A DNA stretch of 64,000 nucleotides from Lepidodermella squamata (GCA_047495785.1 JBLDXI010000007.1:4526001-4590000); one strand, 5' to 3'; positions 1 through 13,241 are shown, counted from the first letter of the stretch. Program-made: numbers and translations. Notes: generated by a model from the letters alone, not told the origin.

Positions 1-668
1 TATTATAACGATATTTCTGATGCGCCCAAAGCCCAATCGTGGCCGGTGCTTTTATTTTCGTTTTGAAACAATAAAACCAACAGCTCGTCATTTAGTGCCC
101 TAATTATTTATTTCTCGCTATCCAGGAAAAGCGTGTTACCGGCAAAGGTCAACGCAGGCAACACGCAGCTGCAGAAGCCGAATGTCAAAAAGTCGAGACG
201 AGTTCACTGATTGTTCTCCCTAAAACACCTCATCAACCACAGGTAAGCTATTGCCTATCCATTGCAGATGACGCGCTTTATGCAGCTTTGTTGTTCAGAT
301 CCTCAATCAATGTAAAAACAATAAACCTGACGACTTGATATTTTTATCGAATAAACGGCCTAAAATACCTGTTTGTTGGCGATTAGCTCATTATAAGTGA
401 CCATTGTCCTAGAAAATAGCGGTTAATTAGCCAGCCGATGCATTTCTCGCCTCACTTATTAGGACACACAAGCAGGCTCATTGATAAGCTGGCTTCACGT
501 GGCTGGCCATTTGAGCATGAATTAGTCCAAAGCTGTGTATGCAGATTAGCCGTCGCGGGCGTATCTACCCACCGAAACCGGGGCTCTTATCGCAAAAGTA
601 TATCGGATTCTCAAGCTTTGGCAGAAAGTCCACTTTCCCTTTTCGACATCACTTTCGGTCGCCTGACT

Positions 669-1447
669 ATGTTTCTTGTGAAATACGCCGTTGCACTGCT
701 ATTCCTGGGATTGGCATCATCGCAGGATGCTTCGACCGCTGCCTATGAGGTTAACGGACACGAGCATGGCATTCACCATGAAGTGACGAGCCAACCTGAA
801 ACGCCAGTAGATGAGACTACGCATGGCCATGGCGAGCATCACATGCAGGTGTTGGATGATGGCAATTCGACAGTGGGCAATGCGACGGCGGCTCAGTCAC
901 GCGCTCGCTACAGTGGGCCTACGAAATGGGACGTGACTATCGGCTCGATTGCCGGCGGTGTCATCGGCGGTATCACTCTTCTGCTCAGCATCTTCATCTT
1001 CGGGTGAGAATTTTTCAACTAATTTGCTATTACTCCACAAATATCTGGATTCTGGATGTATTTCTTCGTTCAATTGCGATTTTCAATTTCGAAAAGTATA
1101 TTTCCAAAATACGAAATTGACAAATAAAAATCCTTAAAAAGTAGTTAAGTTAATTAGAATTGTGGGGTATGAATTTTCCGTATTCTCAAGAAACTTGAAA
1201 GTTGAAAGCCGCGGTGAAATATTGGAAGCATTCTAATGAGACCATCTTTTCACTGATTTGATTTACAGTAATATAGAGCGCACTTTGATTGATTTTGATT
1301 CATGCCATTTGATTCATGCTTTGAATTAATTGTTTTGTCGTTCAATTTTACAGTGACTTGATCAGATGGAGACGCCGTCCGAAGCCTTCTCCGATTCCTA
1401 ACGACGACCTTAACGATCAGGACATCCCCCTTCGTCCTATTTCATGA
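669..1447 (+). CDS. Small single-pass (type I) membrane protein with His-rich ectodomain, 2 coding exons (about 669-1003, 1354-1447)
   Basis: ATG at 669 gives the signal peptide MFLVKYAVALLFLGLASS, then a His-rich segment and the TM segment IGSIAGGVIGGITLLLSIFIFG. The GG|gtgag...ttacag|T splice continues in frame to DLIRWRRRPKP...PIS*. AATAAA at ~1535. Confidence 0.6.
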
Positions 1448-1623
1448 AAATTCCATCCAGTTGTAATGTCTCCTCTTGCATGCAAATTGCCGCTATTCGG
1501 ATTGTTATTATGCCCTGAAATTTACTTTTGCAGCAATAAAAACTATAACTTTTCTAATTAGCTATTTATTTCATCTCGAATTTAGTGCATAATCAAAATG
1601 GGGTCACTCTTAGTTTCATCATT

Positions 1624-3665
1624 TCACCTCCTTGTAGGCTTAAGCATAATTTTGCAATGAGGCGTACGGAACGAAGTTGGCAGCCATTTGATCGGCATTT
1701 CCGTTTCGGGTGAAATCGTGAATTTGTAATCAAGAATAAGTCGAGCGAGGGCAAATTTGAGCTCGATCATAGCCAGTCGCATGCCGATGCAGTTGCGGTT
1801 GCCAGCTCCGAAAGGTATAAACGCGCCCTGGACAAGGCTCTCGGCATTCTCAGGCGCGAAGCGATCTGGATTGAACGTGTACGGCTCTGGCCAGTAATCA
1901 GGGTCGTGGTGAATAACATTCAGAGGTATCACGATGATGGTGCCTTTTTTGATTCGCAAGCCATTCACTTCAGTGTCGCCGGTACAGGCGCGCTCAATCC
2001 TGCAAAGGATGATGAGATCAGGTTTTGAAAATGCATCACAAAAATGGCAAACCTCAGCATGGGAGTGTAGTAGCGAAGTGTTTCATTGATAACTTGTTCC
2101 AAGTAGGGCACTTCATTCAGCGCATCCACCGTCAGATTTGAACTGTCTTTGCCGAATTTCGCCGCGAGATCAGCATGTAGTTTCTCTTGCAGTTCAGGGT
2201 GCTCGCATAGTGCTAGCAAGGCGAAGGTCAGCGTGGTAGCTGTGGTCTCGTAGCCTGCCAAGAAAAACAAAATCGATTGGCCAACTATTTCATCTCGAGT
2301 GAGGCCGTTCTTCAACCAAATGCCTTTGTATTCGTCGTAGGTAACGTACGGCTTGTTTGCAGGGTCTTTCACGTCTTTCTCATAAGGCAGCAGGGTCGCG
2401 AGAAGGTCGTGTCGCTTCACGCCGGCTTCATTCGCTTTTCTCCGATCGATTTCCTGTTCAAGAACGCCCTGGAAAAATTCCATGAATTTTCGGAATGCCG
2501 CGAGCATCGACGTATGATTGATGAGGAATGCAACTACAGCTGGGGCCATCACTAGAAATATACTCTAGTAGGAACTGCTATTTATGGAAGGTATACAAAA
2601 AGCCTACGCATTTTTGCGAAAAAGTCGCCATTGAGCGGCGTAGCGTAGAAGAACATTTTCGCATTTTTAACAAATTCGCTATCTGGTGTGTTGAAAGAGT
2701 CGATTTCCATGGCGAATGCGACCGAGGCGATAGCATCCAACGTATAGAAACCAGAGTATCTGTAATAAATACAAATAAAAATGCTAAACAGTTCCTTACA
2801 AGTATTTTCTTACTCTTTCGCGTCAAAAGCTTTTCCCTCGTCGGCAATTTTCGCGACATTCGCAGCCAGCTGATTTGCAACCTGGCGAACGAGCAGTTCC
2901 ATGCGCCTCAAATTAGCCGGCGTAAACGTGGGCGTCATTTGCTGCCGAACATGGCGCCAGCGCTCGCCTGTTAGTGTAGTCAGGCCCAAATCCGAGGGAC
3001 CAGCTCGCGACGCGAGGTGCATCCGGCGGTCGACGAAGTGTTCGTGGTCTTTGATCATGACCTGTCGCAGCATGTTGACATCAGACATCATAATGCAGGG
3101 CCAGCGGCCTTCGAAGTAGCCGAACACCTTGCCGTGTTTCTTTACCAGATCGATTTCGAGCTGGAACAAATTATCTTTCTGGAAACATAAAATTACAGCC
3201 TTGAAACTTTGAATTCAGTTTGAGATATTTCAATTCGTATTTTCCCAGAAAAATCAATTTTCGTAAAAATTCCCAATTAATTTCAATAAATTTGCTCCGA
3301 TTCAGTCCTATTACCTATTTAATTTCTATTCCAAATTAAAGTCGTGGTATTCTGATCGTGAAAATCCCGCTAAATTATAATTATATTGTATTTCGTCTGC
3401 TAACCTTTTCCATCCATAGATTCCAGTGGCCTAGGAATCCTTTCGCATTAGGCAACTCATGCAGACCGGTTTCCTTGAAAATATTCCTATACTTTCGATT
3501 GTAACGGTGCAAGGCGAAATAGCCGATAGCAGCCACCAGACCGGTTGTCGCTGCGACACCGCCAACAATTTTAGCAACAGTTTCCTTCTCGGGAATGTGA
3601 GTGCGTGCAAATTCGCTGACAGCGTGCAGCAATTCAGTCACTTTTTGAGGTATTTGGGCTGCCAT
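1624..3665 (-). CDS. Cytochrome P450, CYP3-clan-like, about 5 exons
   Basis: N-terminal membrane anchor, I-helix AGYETT, K-helix ETLR, PDRF and heme motif FGAGNRNCIG, spread over ORFs 3381-3665, 2810-3169, 1965-2552 and 1624-1968, separated by short GT-AG introns. Confidence 0.92.
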
Positions 3666-4231
3666 AACTGCAGAAAGGGATATTTGCTCTGTATTATCAA
3701 GACTAGAGTTCTAGATGTGGAAAAATAAACGCATCAGACTAGGCTACATCTGGCCCTTATATTTGCTATCAGCACGTGCGTGGGTCCAAAGTGTGAGCAC
3801 CGGCAAAAACTGTTATCGCACATTCATCAATTTTTCATTGCGGCGTGAGTACCACGGCATTGCATCACATTGCTTGATTCAATGCCGGAAAGCCAGACCG
3901 TTTAGCCATATATGGCGTGATAGGCTGTCTGTCTATGCTGGTTCAAGTCTCATGATTCACTCGAATGGCCCACGGATGTTCTCATTTTTGAGGTCTGAAG
4001 GTGTGGTTGTGAGGACTGAAGGTCATCAAACCCAAACGGTGCCTAAATTCTAAGTACCTATTCATGAGCGGAAAGTTGTGAGCTAGGAGCGTATTATTGG
4101 GTTTCACTCATTTGAAATAAGAAGCAAATGCCTTCAACATTGCATTTAAATCGGCGCACATTCGCCTAGAAATTTCTCGTTCTTAGTGCCCATCATCGCC
4201 GTTCGCTTCTTGCCACACTCAACTTGTCGTT

Positions 4232-5400
4232 TCATTTGCACGAGGATTCGGCCATCAATAAGACTGCCGACCATCGACTCCACAGCTCCGCAGCCGCTTT
4301 TGCGTCGTGGGTCACCGCTAGGAGAGTCCATCGACGCTTCAGATAGGACCATGGAAAGCTGCTGTCTTGCCGACAGTTTCCTTCAAGGCCGGGAGACTTC
4401 TTCAACAATTCCTTGAAAAATGAAAGCTGATCAACATGACACGTAAGAAAACAAAAAATGCACCTTATTCGAGTTTTTGGAAGTGATTCGAATCGGGAGC
4501 GCTGTCAGTATGCCGCTTCCAGTGTTGAAACGGGTTATCATGGCGATTTTAGGTGCGGCGGAATTGCCGGTAATACAGATCGGGCTGGTCTGTTTGGTGA
4601 ACTGTTTCAATGGCGCTATTGAATGAATGCAATGCCTAAATTATTTGCTTGATCAGTTTTCAACTCACGATTAAAGTTGATCATGACGAGATTGTCACTT
4701 AGCGGAAAAGTGAACCTCGGGTCGATGCTTCTCGTCTCAACTTGCTTTGGATTAATGGGCTCCCAAGTATCCACACTGTATTGTGACAAACCGAGGCTTT
4801 GGGTTACGGTACATTCTGAAGCATTTCCGGCTGGTGAGAACCCATTCTCGATCCAGGAGAACGCCACCGCATGATCGATTGTCAGATTTGCTAAATAATA
4901 ATAATTTGATAAGGAATATATGAGATAAATTCGCCTTTACGCTCAACTTTCGCTGAATTCAACTTGATAAGAGCATTGTAGGGATACTGTTCAGCTTTAT
5001 GTATGAACTCAGGTAAATCAGCGTCCCTTTCCGATCCGAGGCCGCAGTAATCTGTTGAAAGCCCATCTAACCATTCATTTTCACGTCTGGGCTTCAATCT
5101 TGAAGGATTGTTTGACGCTGGGCCAATGAAACCTGAGCAGCTATTGTTCAAGGAGCATTCGATAGCGCAATCCGAAATGTGGCTACAGGACTTGCATTGA
5201 ACGGCAAGAGGCGAATAATCGCATATTTGACCGGGCTTCTCATTGAAAATGAACCCCGCGATGGGCCCGATGTGCCGATGGTTTTCGACTGTTTTGCTAT
5301 TGATATCGGAATTTCGGAACCTCCTATGCTTCCTGAGATCTCGGTAGCAATAACACTGTGAAAGCCTAAGAATCAACAAGACAAAGATCAGAAATTTCAT
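4232..5400 (-). CDS. Secreted trypsin-family serine protease homologue, probably non-catalytic and possibly a pseudogene; PAN-like Cys motif at the N-terminus
   Basis: Signal peptide MKFLIFVLLILRLSQC, then CAIECSLNNSCSGF. CGGVLLDREWVLTSRKC lacks the catalytic His of TAAHC. The last exon reads NCRQDSSFP...RWTLLAVT in place of GDSGGP. A frame change near 4780 needs a tiny intron or a frameshift. Confidence 0.6.
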
Positions 5401-5859
5401 TGCATTAAAGAATCAGTAGAATTCACTGGTATCAAAAATGACTGTAGCCATCATGCACTATTTCTGAATTTTTTTACTACCACACGTCTAGCCGATGCGT
5501 GGATTACTCAAGGTGCTGTGTGCAGATCAAACGAGAAGTCGTCATCTGCTGACACTTGTTTGCTTGTTGATTTGCAACAGGATAGCCTGCATGCTTGTTG
5601 CTGATCGGGCATGTTCGACATTCGAGCAGCGAGCAGCCATCCACACTTTTTCGATGGGCGATGGGCTTCTATTCAGGAGCCTTGGATGATTACAGATGAT
5701 TATCGGGGTCTTGTGATGCTTTATAAGCCCACCCCTGGCCGATGCTGAACTTTTAGAAATAATTCTTTGCTTGCTAATATCGGAGTCAATCACGAAGGCT
5801 TATTAGCTTTATTGAACCAATGCACATTTATGGCTGTGATTTCTCTTCATCATTAGGTA

Positions 5860-6963
5860 CTTGAGGTCTTTCAAGCATTCCAATGGGTGAAATTAGTGTA
5901 AAACGTGTTTTCTCCGCAATTGCAGGCCAAAGCATACCGGTGGACAAGTGGAGTGACCGGGCGAGAAAATTCAGCCTGAAAAATCAAAAATAATTGATTA
6001 CACATTTCCTATGTTAAAGCAGTAACCGAATGTAATATGATAACTTTGAAATGGTGAAAAAAATGATTGACAATTGTTCATCATAGGATTGAGGTGAACG
6101 AAATATTGGACACGCGGCCTTCAGGAAAGTTGCGAGCCACTATATCCGACTTTCCCAACAAAGCCAGCGATTTTCATCGTTATTTAGAATTATAGGAAGA
6201 ATTACCATTTGTTACATCACACCTCGAGCCGTAGAATCCATTCACGCAGTTGCAGACGTTCCCAGTCGTACATGTGCCGCCATTCCAACACGGCGGGCTA
6301 CACATTACTGAAATAATATAAATTAATTTTTAAATTGTAGTAGAGAAAGCTTATTTGCCTTCAACGACTCTTTAGGCCTTGGTTTTCTTTTAAGGAAAAT
6401 ACTTATTCGAAAAGATACGGGGAAATTTATCTTACAAGTTTCACAAGATCTTCCAGTATAAGCTGGAGGACAAAGACATTGGAAGGACGCGGAACAAGTT
6501 GCCCCATTTTTGCAAGGCGGGGAGCACGGTGCCGCAATTGCGTTCGCATTCGAGCTTGCAGTCGTGCAGTCTTTTTCATTTTGATAAGTCGCCGAATATG
6601 GTTGCTGTTGAAGAACAGATAAAAGTGATTCAAGTTTTTTTCCAGAATTGGTCGCTAGCTTACCTGGTTCAAGTAGGTTTCTGATGAAGGACACGGGCTA
6701 CTGCTACTGCTGGTAACAAGTCTGCACTTTGTTTTGTATGTCAAGTTATCTCGGCACAAAGCGTAATTGGACGAGAAGGGTTGGAACGAATCCTAATAGG
6801 AATGAATGAAGCCAGGACTGAATAAGACATCTAGCAATTATGTTTGTGTAACCTTTTCTGGTGTTGTTGGTGTGCATGTGCAACAGCATTGAGAAACTGT
6901 TGATTTTGAGAGAGTTAAAATAATTACAACTGCAAGACGACTACTATTTGGGTAATTGCTCAT
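5860..6963 (-). CDS. EGF-repeat secreted protein, short or divergent member of the EGF/C-type lectin family; 3' end unresolved
   Basis: Exon 1 MSNYPNSSRLAVVIILTL...CCCTCTPTTPEK resembles exon 1 of the gene starting at 16403. EGF exons are CSPPCKNGATCSASFQCLCPPAYTGRSC and CSPPCWNGGTCTTGNVCNCVNGFYGSRC. Confidence 0.55.
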
Positions 6964-7871
6964 TTCTTATCATGCAGGTGTATAAATATGCATTATTTTA
7001 CTACGCGTGCAGTAGAGCGAAAAGCAATAAACTCGCTTAAGGCATGTTGTATAGGCTCTAAAGGTTGATGTTCATGCTCGTGTCAAGGCATGAACATCTG
7101 TTCAACTGACATGTCGCCTGCAGTAATAGCATGCTAGTCAGCCAGATCTTAGTAAAGCACACTTAACAGTTTCAATGTTCGATCAGTTATACTCTTTCAT
7201 TATCATCAAAGGCGTAGGGTGATGCACGATGAAACAGATGTATCAGGATCAATAATATTGATGGCGAAAACAAGATAGCTGCAGCGGCTACTGCTTGATG
7301 GTCGAGTTTTACGCGAAAAAAGCAGCCCTGAAAAGTTGAAGAAACCCCGTACCAAATAATGCATTGGAATTTTTGTTATGAAAACACGGGCCCTTAATAA
7401 AAGATGTGCTTTCTGAGAAAGAACCGCCAGTAGGCTTTTACGCTATCACATACTCTGAATTTAGATTTTTTCATTTGGCGTTTCATGGAGCCATTTCTTG
7501 GCGTTCATCTCAAATCAAATGAACAAATGAATGAACAAATGAAAATGTTTTATTTTACGTCCACCTTCGGCTAAAAGTCATGGTAATATATATACAAGCC
7601 TTACCCGTGAGGGTTTAGGGGACGGCTGACGACGAGAGATCAGCTTCAGGAACAGTCGCGAACAATCTGCTTTTTCCCATGAATTCATAATTTTCTATAC
7701 TGTTACATAGTAGCTGCCATTCTTCCCGGTCTCTAGCTGTTACTTCCGCAAATTCTAAATCCGCAATTTTGTGAATTTCGATGCGTCGCATCAGTAAGGC
7801 TGATTTACGGGGTCGCCCTCGTTTTTTAGGTTCATTATGATCCCTGATACGTTTTTCATGTTTATGTCGTA

Positions 7872-8280
7872 TATAATGTCGACTTTTACGTAATGTTAAC
7901 TTTACATAGCAAAAGTGCCCTATGTAATGTTGATTTTCATCCCGATTTTTGAAAGCCCTTGGGATCCCAAGTTGACCACAAATTAGAGTCGGCACCGAGG
8001 AATTCGAATCTCATATTTTGAAAGATATACCGATCACCCAAACTCCCAAAATGATCGATTTTCGAAAATCGATTCCGATCGACTTTTCGAATTTAGGCGA
8101 TATCATCGGCTAGTTTTCACCCAAGTTAAAAAATAAATTCATTTTCGAATTCCTCGGTGCCGACTCTAATTTGTGGTCAACTTGGGATCCCAAGGGCTAT
8201 CAAAAATCGGGATGAAAATCAACATTACATAGGGCACTTTTGCTATGTAAAGTTAACATTACATAAAAGTCGACATTATA
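7872..8280. mobile_element. MITE with ~135-bp terminal inverted repeats inserted at TA within LINE-B
   Basis: TATAATGTCGACTTTTA...GAGGAATTCGAA (from 7872) is the near-perfect reverse complement of TTCGAATTCCTC...TAAAAGTCGACATTATA (to 8280). Confidence 0.9.
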
Positions 8281-11200
8281 ATAATAATAATGTTTTTATT
8301 TGTCCTCTTCGGGACTGAGCGTCGTGTACCGTTTCCGGTTTTGAAGAGGGCGAAGGCAGGCGAAGAATGATCCTCACCCACCCCCACAGTCGAGGATTCT
8401 GCTTTTTGTATAGAATTCGTAATTTTCAATCGAGTTAACAACCATGCGCCATTCATCTTTTTCAAAAGAAACCGATTCCGCTAGTTGGACATCGGGAATA
8501 ATTTTGATCTCAAAATCCTTTTCGCCGGGATTTTTTCTATTTTCTCGTTTCTTGGTGGCTTTATTTTTCTTATCCTTGACCTTATTGTTCTTATTGGTTT
8601 TCTTTTTCCGGCGAATTTCCTTAGTAAGACCTACTTTAATTAAGCTGCTATGCACTCCGTTGATCCATCTGGTTCGAGGTCTACCTCTGGGTGCAAACCA
8701 CCCAAGCGGAGGCGTCCAAATATATATTTTGTGTATTAGTCCTTCTACGTCATAGTCACGTGACCTAATTATGTGCCCTAGATATCTTAGCCTTTGTTTT
8801 TCAACAATGCGGCTCACTTCAATGAGACCTCCGCATAACGCAAGTCGAATGTCTATATTTGGAATATAGTCCATTAGGTGGACACCTACTATAGATCGAA
8901 GCCATCGATATTCTATAGTGTTTAGTCTATTTTCTTGGGCTATCGATATGTTCCACGATTCGCAGGCGTAAATGATGGTAGGTAGTATAACACATGTCAG
9001 TACCTTAAGTTTTGTAGCTATGGAAACCTGACTTTTGTTGCACATGAATTTATTCATGGCGCCGAAAACACTGCCTGCCTTAGAAATTCTGTAGTTTAGT
9101 TCCTCATCGATTTTGCCGTCACTAGTAATAATGCTCCCTAAATATTTAAATTTGGTCACTTTTTCAAGTTTTTTCCCGTTCAATTCCAATTCGTAATTTT
9201 GAGTGGCTGACTCGTCTCTAGAAATAATCATATATTGAGTTTTTGCCGCGTTAATTTTCAGACCCAATTCGGTGCAAGCCAAATCGAAAATGTGAAGTAG
9301 TCGTGAAATTTCGTCGTGGTACATGCCTAAAAGTGTTCCGTCGTCAGCAAACGCTAGTAAATTTAGGAAATCAGTCTCGCTCATAGCGGTCTCGCTGTTT
9401 GCGGTCTCGCTAATAGGAAAGCCTAATTTTTCAGCAGATATTTTTTCGCAAATTTTGTTGAAGGTCGCTATGAATAGCAAAGGAGACAACGGGCAACCCT
9501 GTCTTAGTCCCCTGGTAACATAGAAGAAATCTGAGAGCTCAGAATCGACTCTAACAGCAACTTTATTTACTTTATATAGACTTTGAATAGCTTCAATTAA
9601 GCTGGGTTCTACACCCATATTTTGGAGGGCGGCCCATACTTTTTCCCTGTCCACCAGATCATAGGCTTTTTCGAGATCGATGAAGACTAGGTGAAGTTCC
9701 TTCTTAAAGAATATAATTTTCTCAATAATTTGTCGGAGAACGTAAATGCAGTCTCTGGTGCCCTTGAGGGGTTGAAAACCAAATTGCAGTTTAGAAATTT
9801 TTGACCCAATTAATGCTCTCAGTTTTCGTTCGAGAATAATGGCATAGTTTTCCTACAACACTTAAGAGGCTGATGCCTCTGTAATTTTGGCATTTTGATT
9901 TCTCACCTTTATTTTTATAAATTGGGGTAATTATAGCCGTTGACCATTCTTCTGGGACCCTCTTATCTATCCAAGCTCGATTCAAAATTTCCCTGAGCCA
10001 TTCAATATTGGCCTCGCTCAGAGCTTTGATCATTTCGGGTCTTACTTCATCTATACCCGGGGCTTTACCGTTTTTCATGTGGTCGATGGCATTTTTAATT
10101 TCGGTGAGAGTAATTTCCGTTAAATTTGGATTTTTATCTAATAGAATTTCATCGTCGGGATTATTGGGTTCCTTTTCAAGTCCTTGTAGAAGATCAATGA
10201 AATACTTTTTCATAACTTCTAATATTTCGTCAATTCCGCTGGTAAGTGAGCCGTCTTCTTTTTCAAGAGGATTGGGTTCGCTTTTCTCTCTATTTTCTCC
10301 CCTCAATTTTTTTATTTCCAGCCAGAATTTTTTGATATTATCATAATCAGTCGGATTTTCAAGTAATTTGTCCAATTCAGAAAATTCAGTTTGATCCTTA
10401 ATAATTTTCAAGCGTTCAAGGGCCTGATTTTTCTCATTTCTAGCTATTGTATAATTCTCTCGGTCTATGTGGCCCTTGGTGTAGTTTTTAAAATTTTCTT
10501 TACCTTTTTGAATGATTTTGTTGGCTAATGGTGTCCACCAGAGCGGTTTTTCGCTAATTTTGCCTACTTTTCGTTCGCCGCAGGAGGATCTGGCAGCATC
10601 CAGTAGGTTAGATTTAGTGTTCACCCACTTCTCTTCTATTGAGACAGGGTTTTCGTTTTCATTTGCGATGTTGCTAGCTAAAATTTCATTAAACTTGGAA
10701 CTGTGTTCCTCATTCCTAAGCAAATGATGTTTAATTGATTTTTTAATTTCAACCTTTTTCCGTTGAAAGTTTGGGCACTTAATAACACCACGAACTAGCC
10801 TATGATCTGATTCGAGTATGGGTTCTTCCTGAACGTCGCAAACTTCAAATTTATCTTTTTCGCTTTTATCGACCAAGATGTAGTCTAAGAAGGATCTACG
10901 AAGGGTTTTTCCGTTGCCCCTTTGCCATGTGTACCCAATGTTGGGGAAAAACGTATTAATAAAACACACATTGTTGCTGTTTGCAAATTCAATCCATAAA
11001 TCTCCTTTATCATTTCTAATGTTATCACCATAAGGGCCTACAGTTTTTGATTTTTGTGCACTCATAATCCGGCCGTTCAAATCTCCCATTACAATTGTAG
11101 TGCCTGTTTTTGAGTTCAAACGCGCATATTCTTGTTGCAGTACTTGAAGAAAGGCGTCTAATGTTTTGGTGCAATTATTTGCTGGTGCGTAGACGGAAAT

Positions 11201-11899
11201 AATGTTAAACATATCGCGATTTACTTTAAGCCTAGCCGATATAATACGTTCATTGATATATTTTACCTCGATGACATGTATATATTTGCATCGTCTAACA
11301 TATAGTGCGGCCCCTGATTGTGCCTTACCATCATTTACGCCACTATAATAAATCGTACCATGCCTAAGATTAATACGGCCTTGGCCTTTTTTGCAGTGCT
11401 CTTGCAAAGCCACTGCGTCATATAGACGAAGTTCAGAATTTGTTTCCTCTTCTTTCCTATTTAGCGTAGTAGTGTTGATAGTACAAATTTTGAAAACATT
11501 ATCGTCCTTAATTTTTGATGATTGGCGCAAGGTTGTTTTACTCTTACGTTTTAGCCGTTTTATTGGTAGTTTCTTGCCATTTTTCATGCTGCCTTCGCCC
11601 TCTCCATTGTCCTCATCATCATCATCACAGGTCACTGATCGAAAGTCATCATAGTCAGCTAATTGTTCGAATCTGTTGAGCGTTGGGAGTGGGTGGTGCC
11701 CGGCCTACCAGTTGGGCCGGCGGCCATAGCCATAGTTGTTGCCGTTGTAGTTGTTGCCGTTATAATTGTTACGGTTGCCGTGGTATTCGTCACGGAAGTT
11801 GTTTCCCCCGGGACGACGTTGCTGGTAGTTGTTGTCGAAACCGTTGAAGTTGTTTCGGTAGTAGCCATTTCCGTTGTTTTGGTTCGGGCATTGATATCG
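8281..11899 (-). mobile_element. Non-LTR retrotransposon LINE-A (APE endonuclease + reverse transcriptase, RTE-like), nearly intact, one frameshift
   Basis: Endonuclease motifs ALQEH, VYAP, MGDLN, DYIL and SDH. RT motifs KAPGID, YRGISLLS, QFGF, DLEKAYD, QGCPLSP, FADD and KYLG. A 2-nt deletion at ~9845 joins ORFs 9791-11635 and 8374-9654. AATAAA and a (TTA)n tail lie at 8281-8300. Confidence 0.93.
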
Positions 11900-13241
11900 C
11901 ATTATATACGACATATATAAAAAATTCCAATTTTTAGAAGGCTTCTTCGGAGGCAGTCAGACCATCGGGTTGGCGGCCTGCCGCGAGGCAAGTACCAACT
12001 ATAGAGTCGACTGCTTTCCAATAATACATAATACTCGTGAGACTTTCAGGGTCATATTCGTCCTGTCGAATTATATGGCCAAAATATTTCAGACGAAATT
12101 TTTCAATCAATTTACTCAATTCCATTACGTCGCAGATCAGTCTAATATCAACATTAGGAATATAATCTGTCCTAAACAGACCCATAATTGTTCTAAGCCA
12201 TCGCATAAAGTTGACATTTAACCTTTGCTCTTGTTGAGTGGTCAGGTTCCAGGTTCGCAGGCATAGGTGACGGTAGGAATAACAACGCCTTTAAGGACTT
12301 TCGATTTCGTAGCTAAGCTCACGTGTTTTCTATTACACATAAGTTTATTGAGGGCACCAAAGCAGCCGCCAGCTTTCGCTATGCGTGCCTTGACAGCCTT
12401 GCCGACAGCGGAGACAAGGGACAGCCTTGCCGTAAGCCCCTCTTCACCACAAAGAAGTCCGAGAGTTGATTATTTATTTTGACTGCTACTTTGTTACATT
12501 TGTATGGTATAACATGAGTAAAAAGTTCATATCTGAACGGAGCCGACCGAGATTTACGAATCGAAACGAGCCGGAGGCGAGTTGAGATGAGTAAATCGAG
12601 TGCGGCGAGTTCAGATGTAAACTATTTACGAATGCTATACCGTAAAATATCGAATTGGCCAAGCTACTCGGCCTATATTTTTGGGGACAATTCTATATTT
12701 ATAAAAGCTTTTAACAGCCGCAATAAGGTTAGCATCGACACCTAGTTCCTCGAGCGCGGCCCAGACCTTCTCGCGGTCGATCAGATCGTAGGCCTTCTCC
12801 AGGTCAATGAAAACCAAAAGCATTTCCTTACCGCCGCAGCAAATAACTTTTTCAATAAGTCTTCGAAGCACAAAAATGCAATCCCTACAGCCTTTCCTCG
12901 GTTGAAAGCCAAATTGACGTTTGGAAATTTTAGCGCCAATTAAACTTCGCAATTTGCGTTCCAGGATGATCACGTATAATTTTCCAACAACACTCAGTAA
13001 ACTGATGCCGCGATAATTTTTGCAATCTGATTTTTCACCCTTATTCTTATATAATGGTGCTATGATCGCCGTCGACCACTCCTCAGGGATGGTCTTGGTC
13101 GACCAAGCCTGATTTAGAATTTGCGCGAGCCATTCAATACCGGCGTCATCCAAGGCTTTCAGCATCTCTGGGGTCACCTCATCGATGCCGGCGGCCTTGC
13201 CATTTTTCATATGATTTAAAGCTGATTTGATTTCTTGAATA

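Noticed and set aside
438-668. Longer N-terminus of the first ORF
   Set aside because: The signal peptide begins at the ATG at 669, and the upstream region looks like UTR or intron.
7615-7995. 126-aa ORF
   Set aside because: Chance read-through from MITE sequence into the LINE-B RT C-terminus, not a gene.
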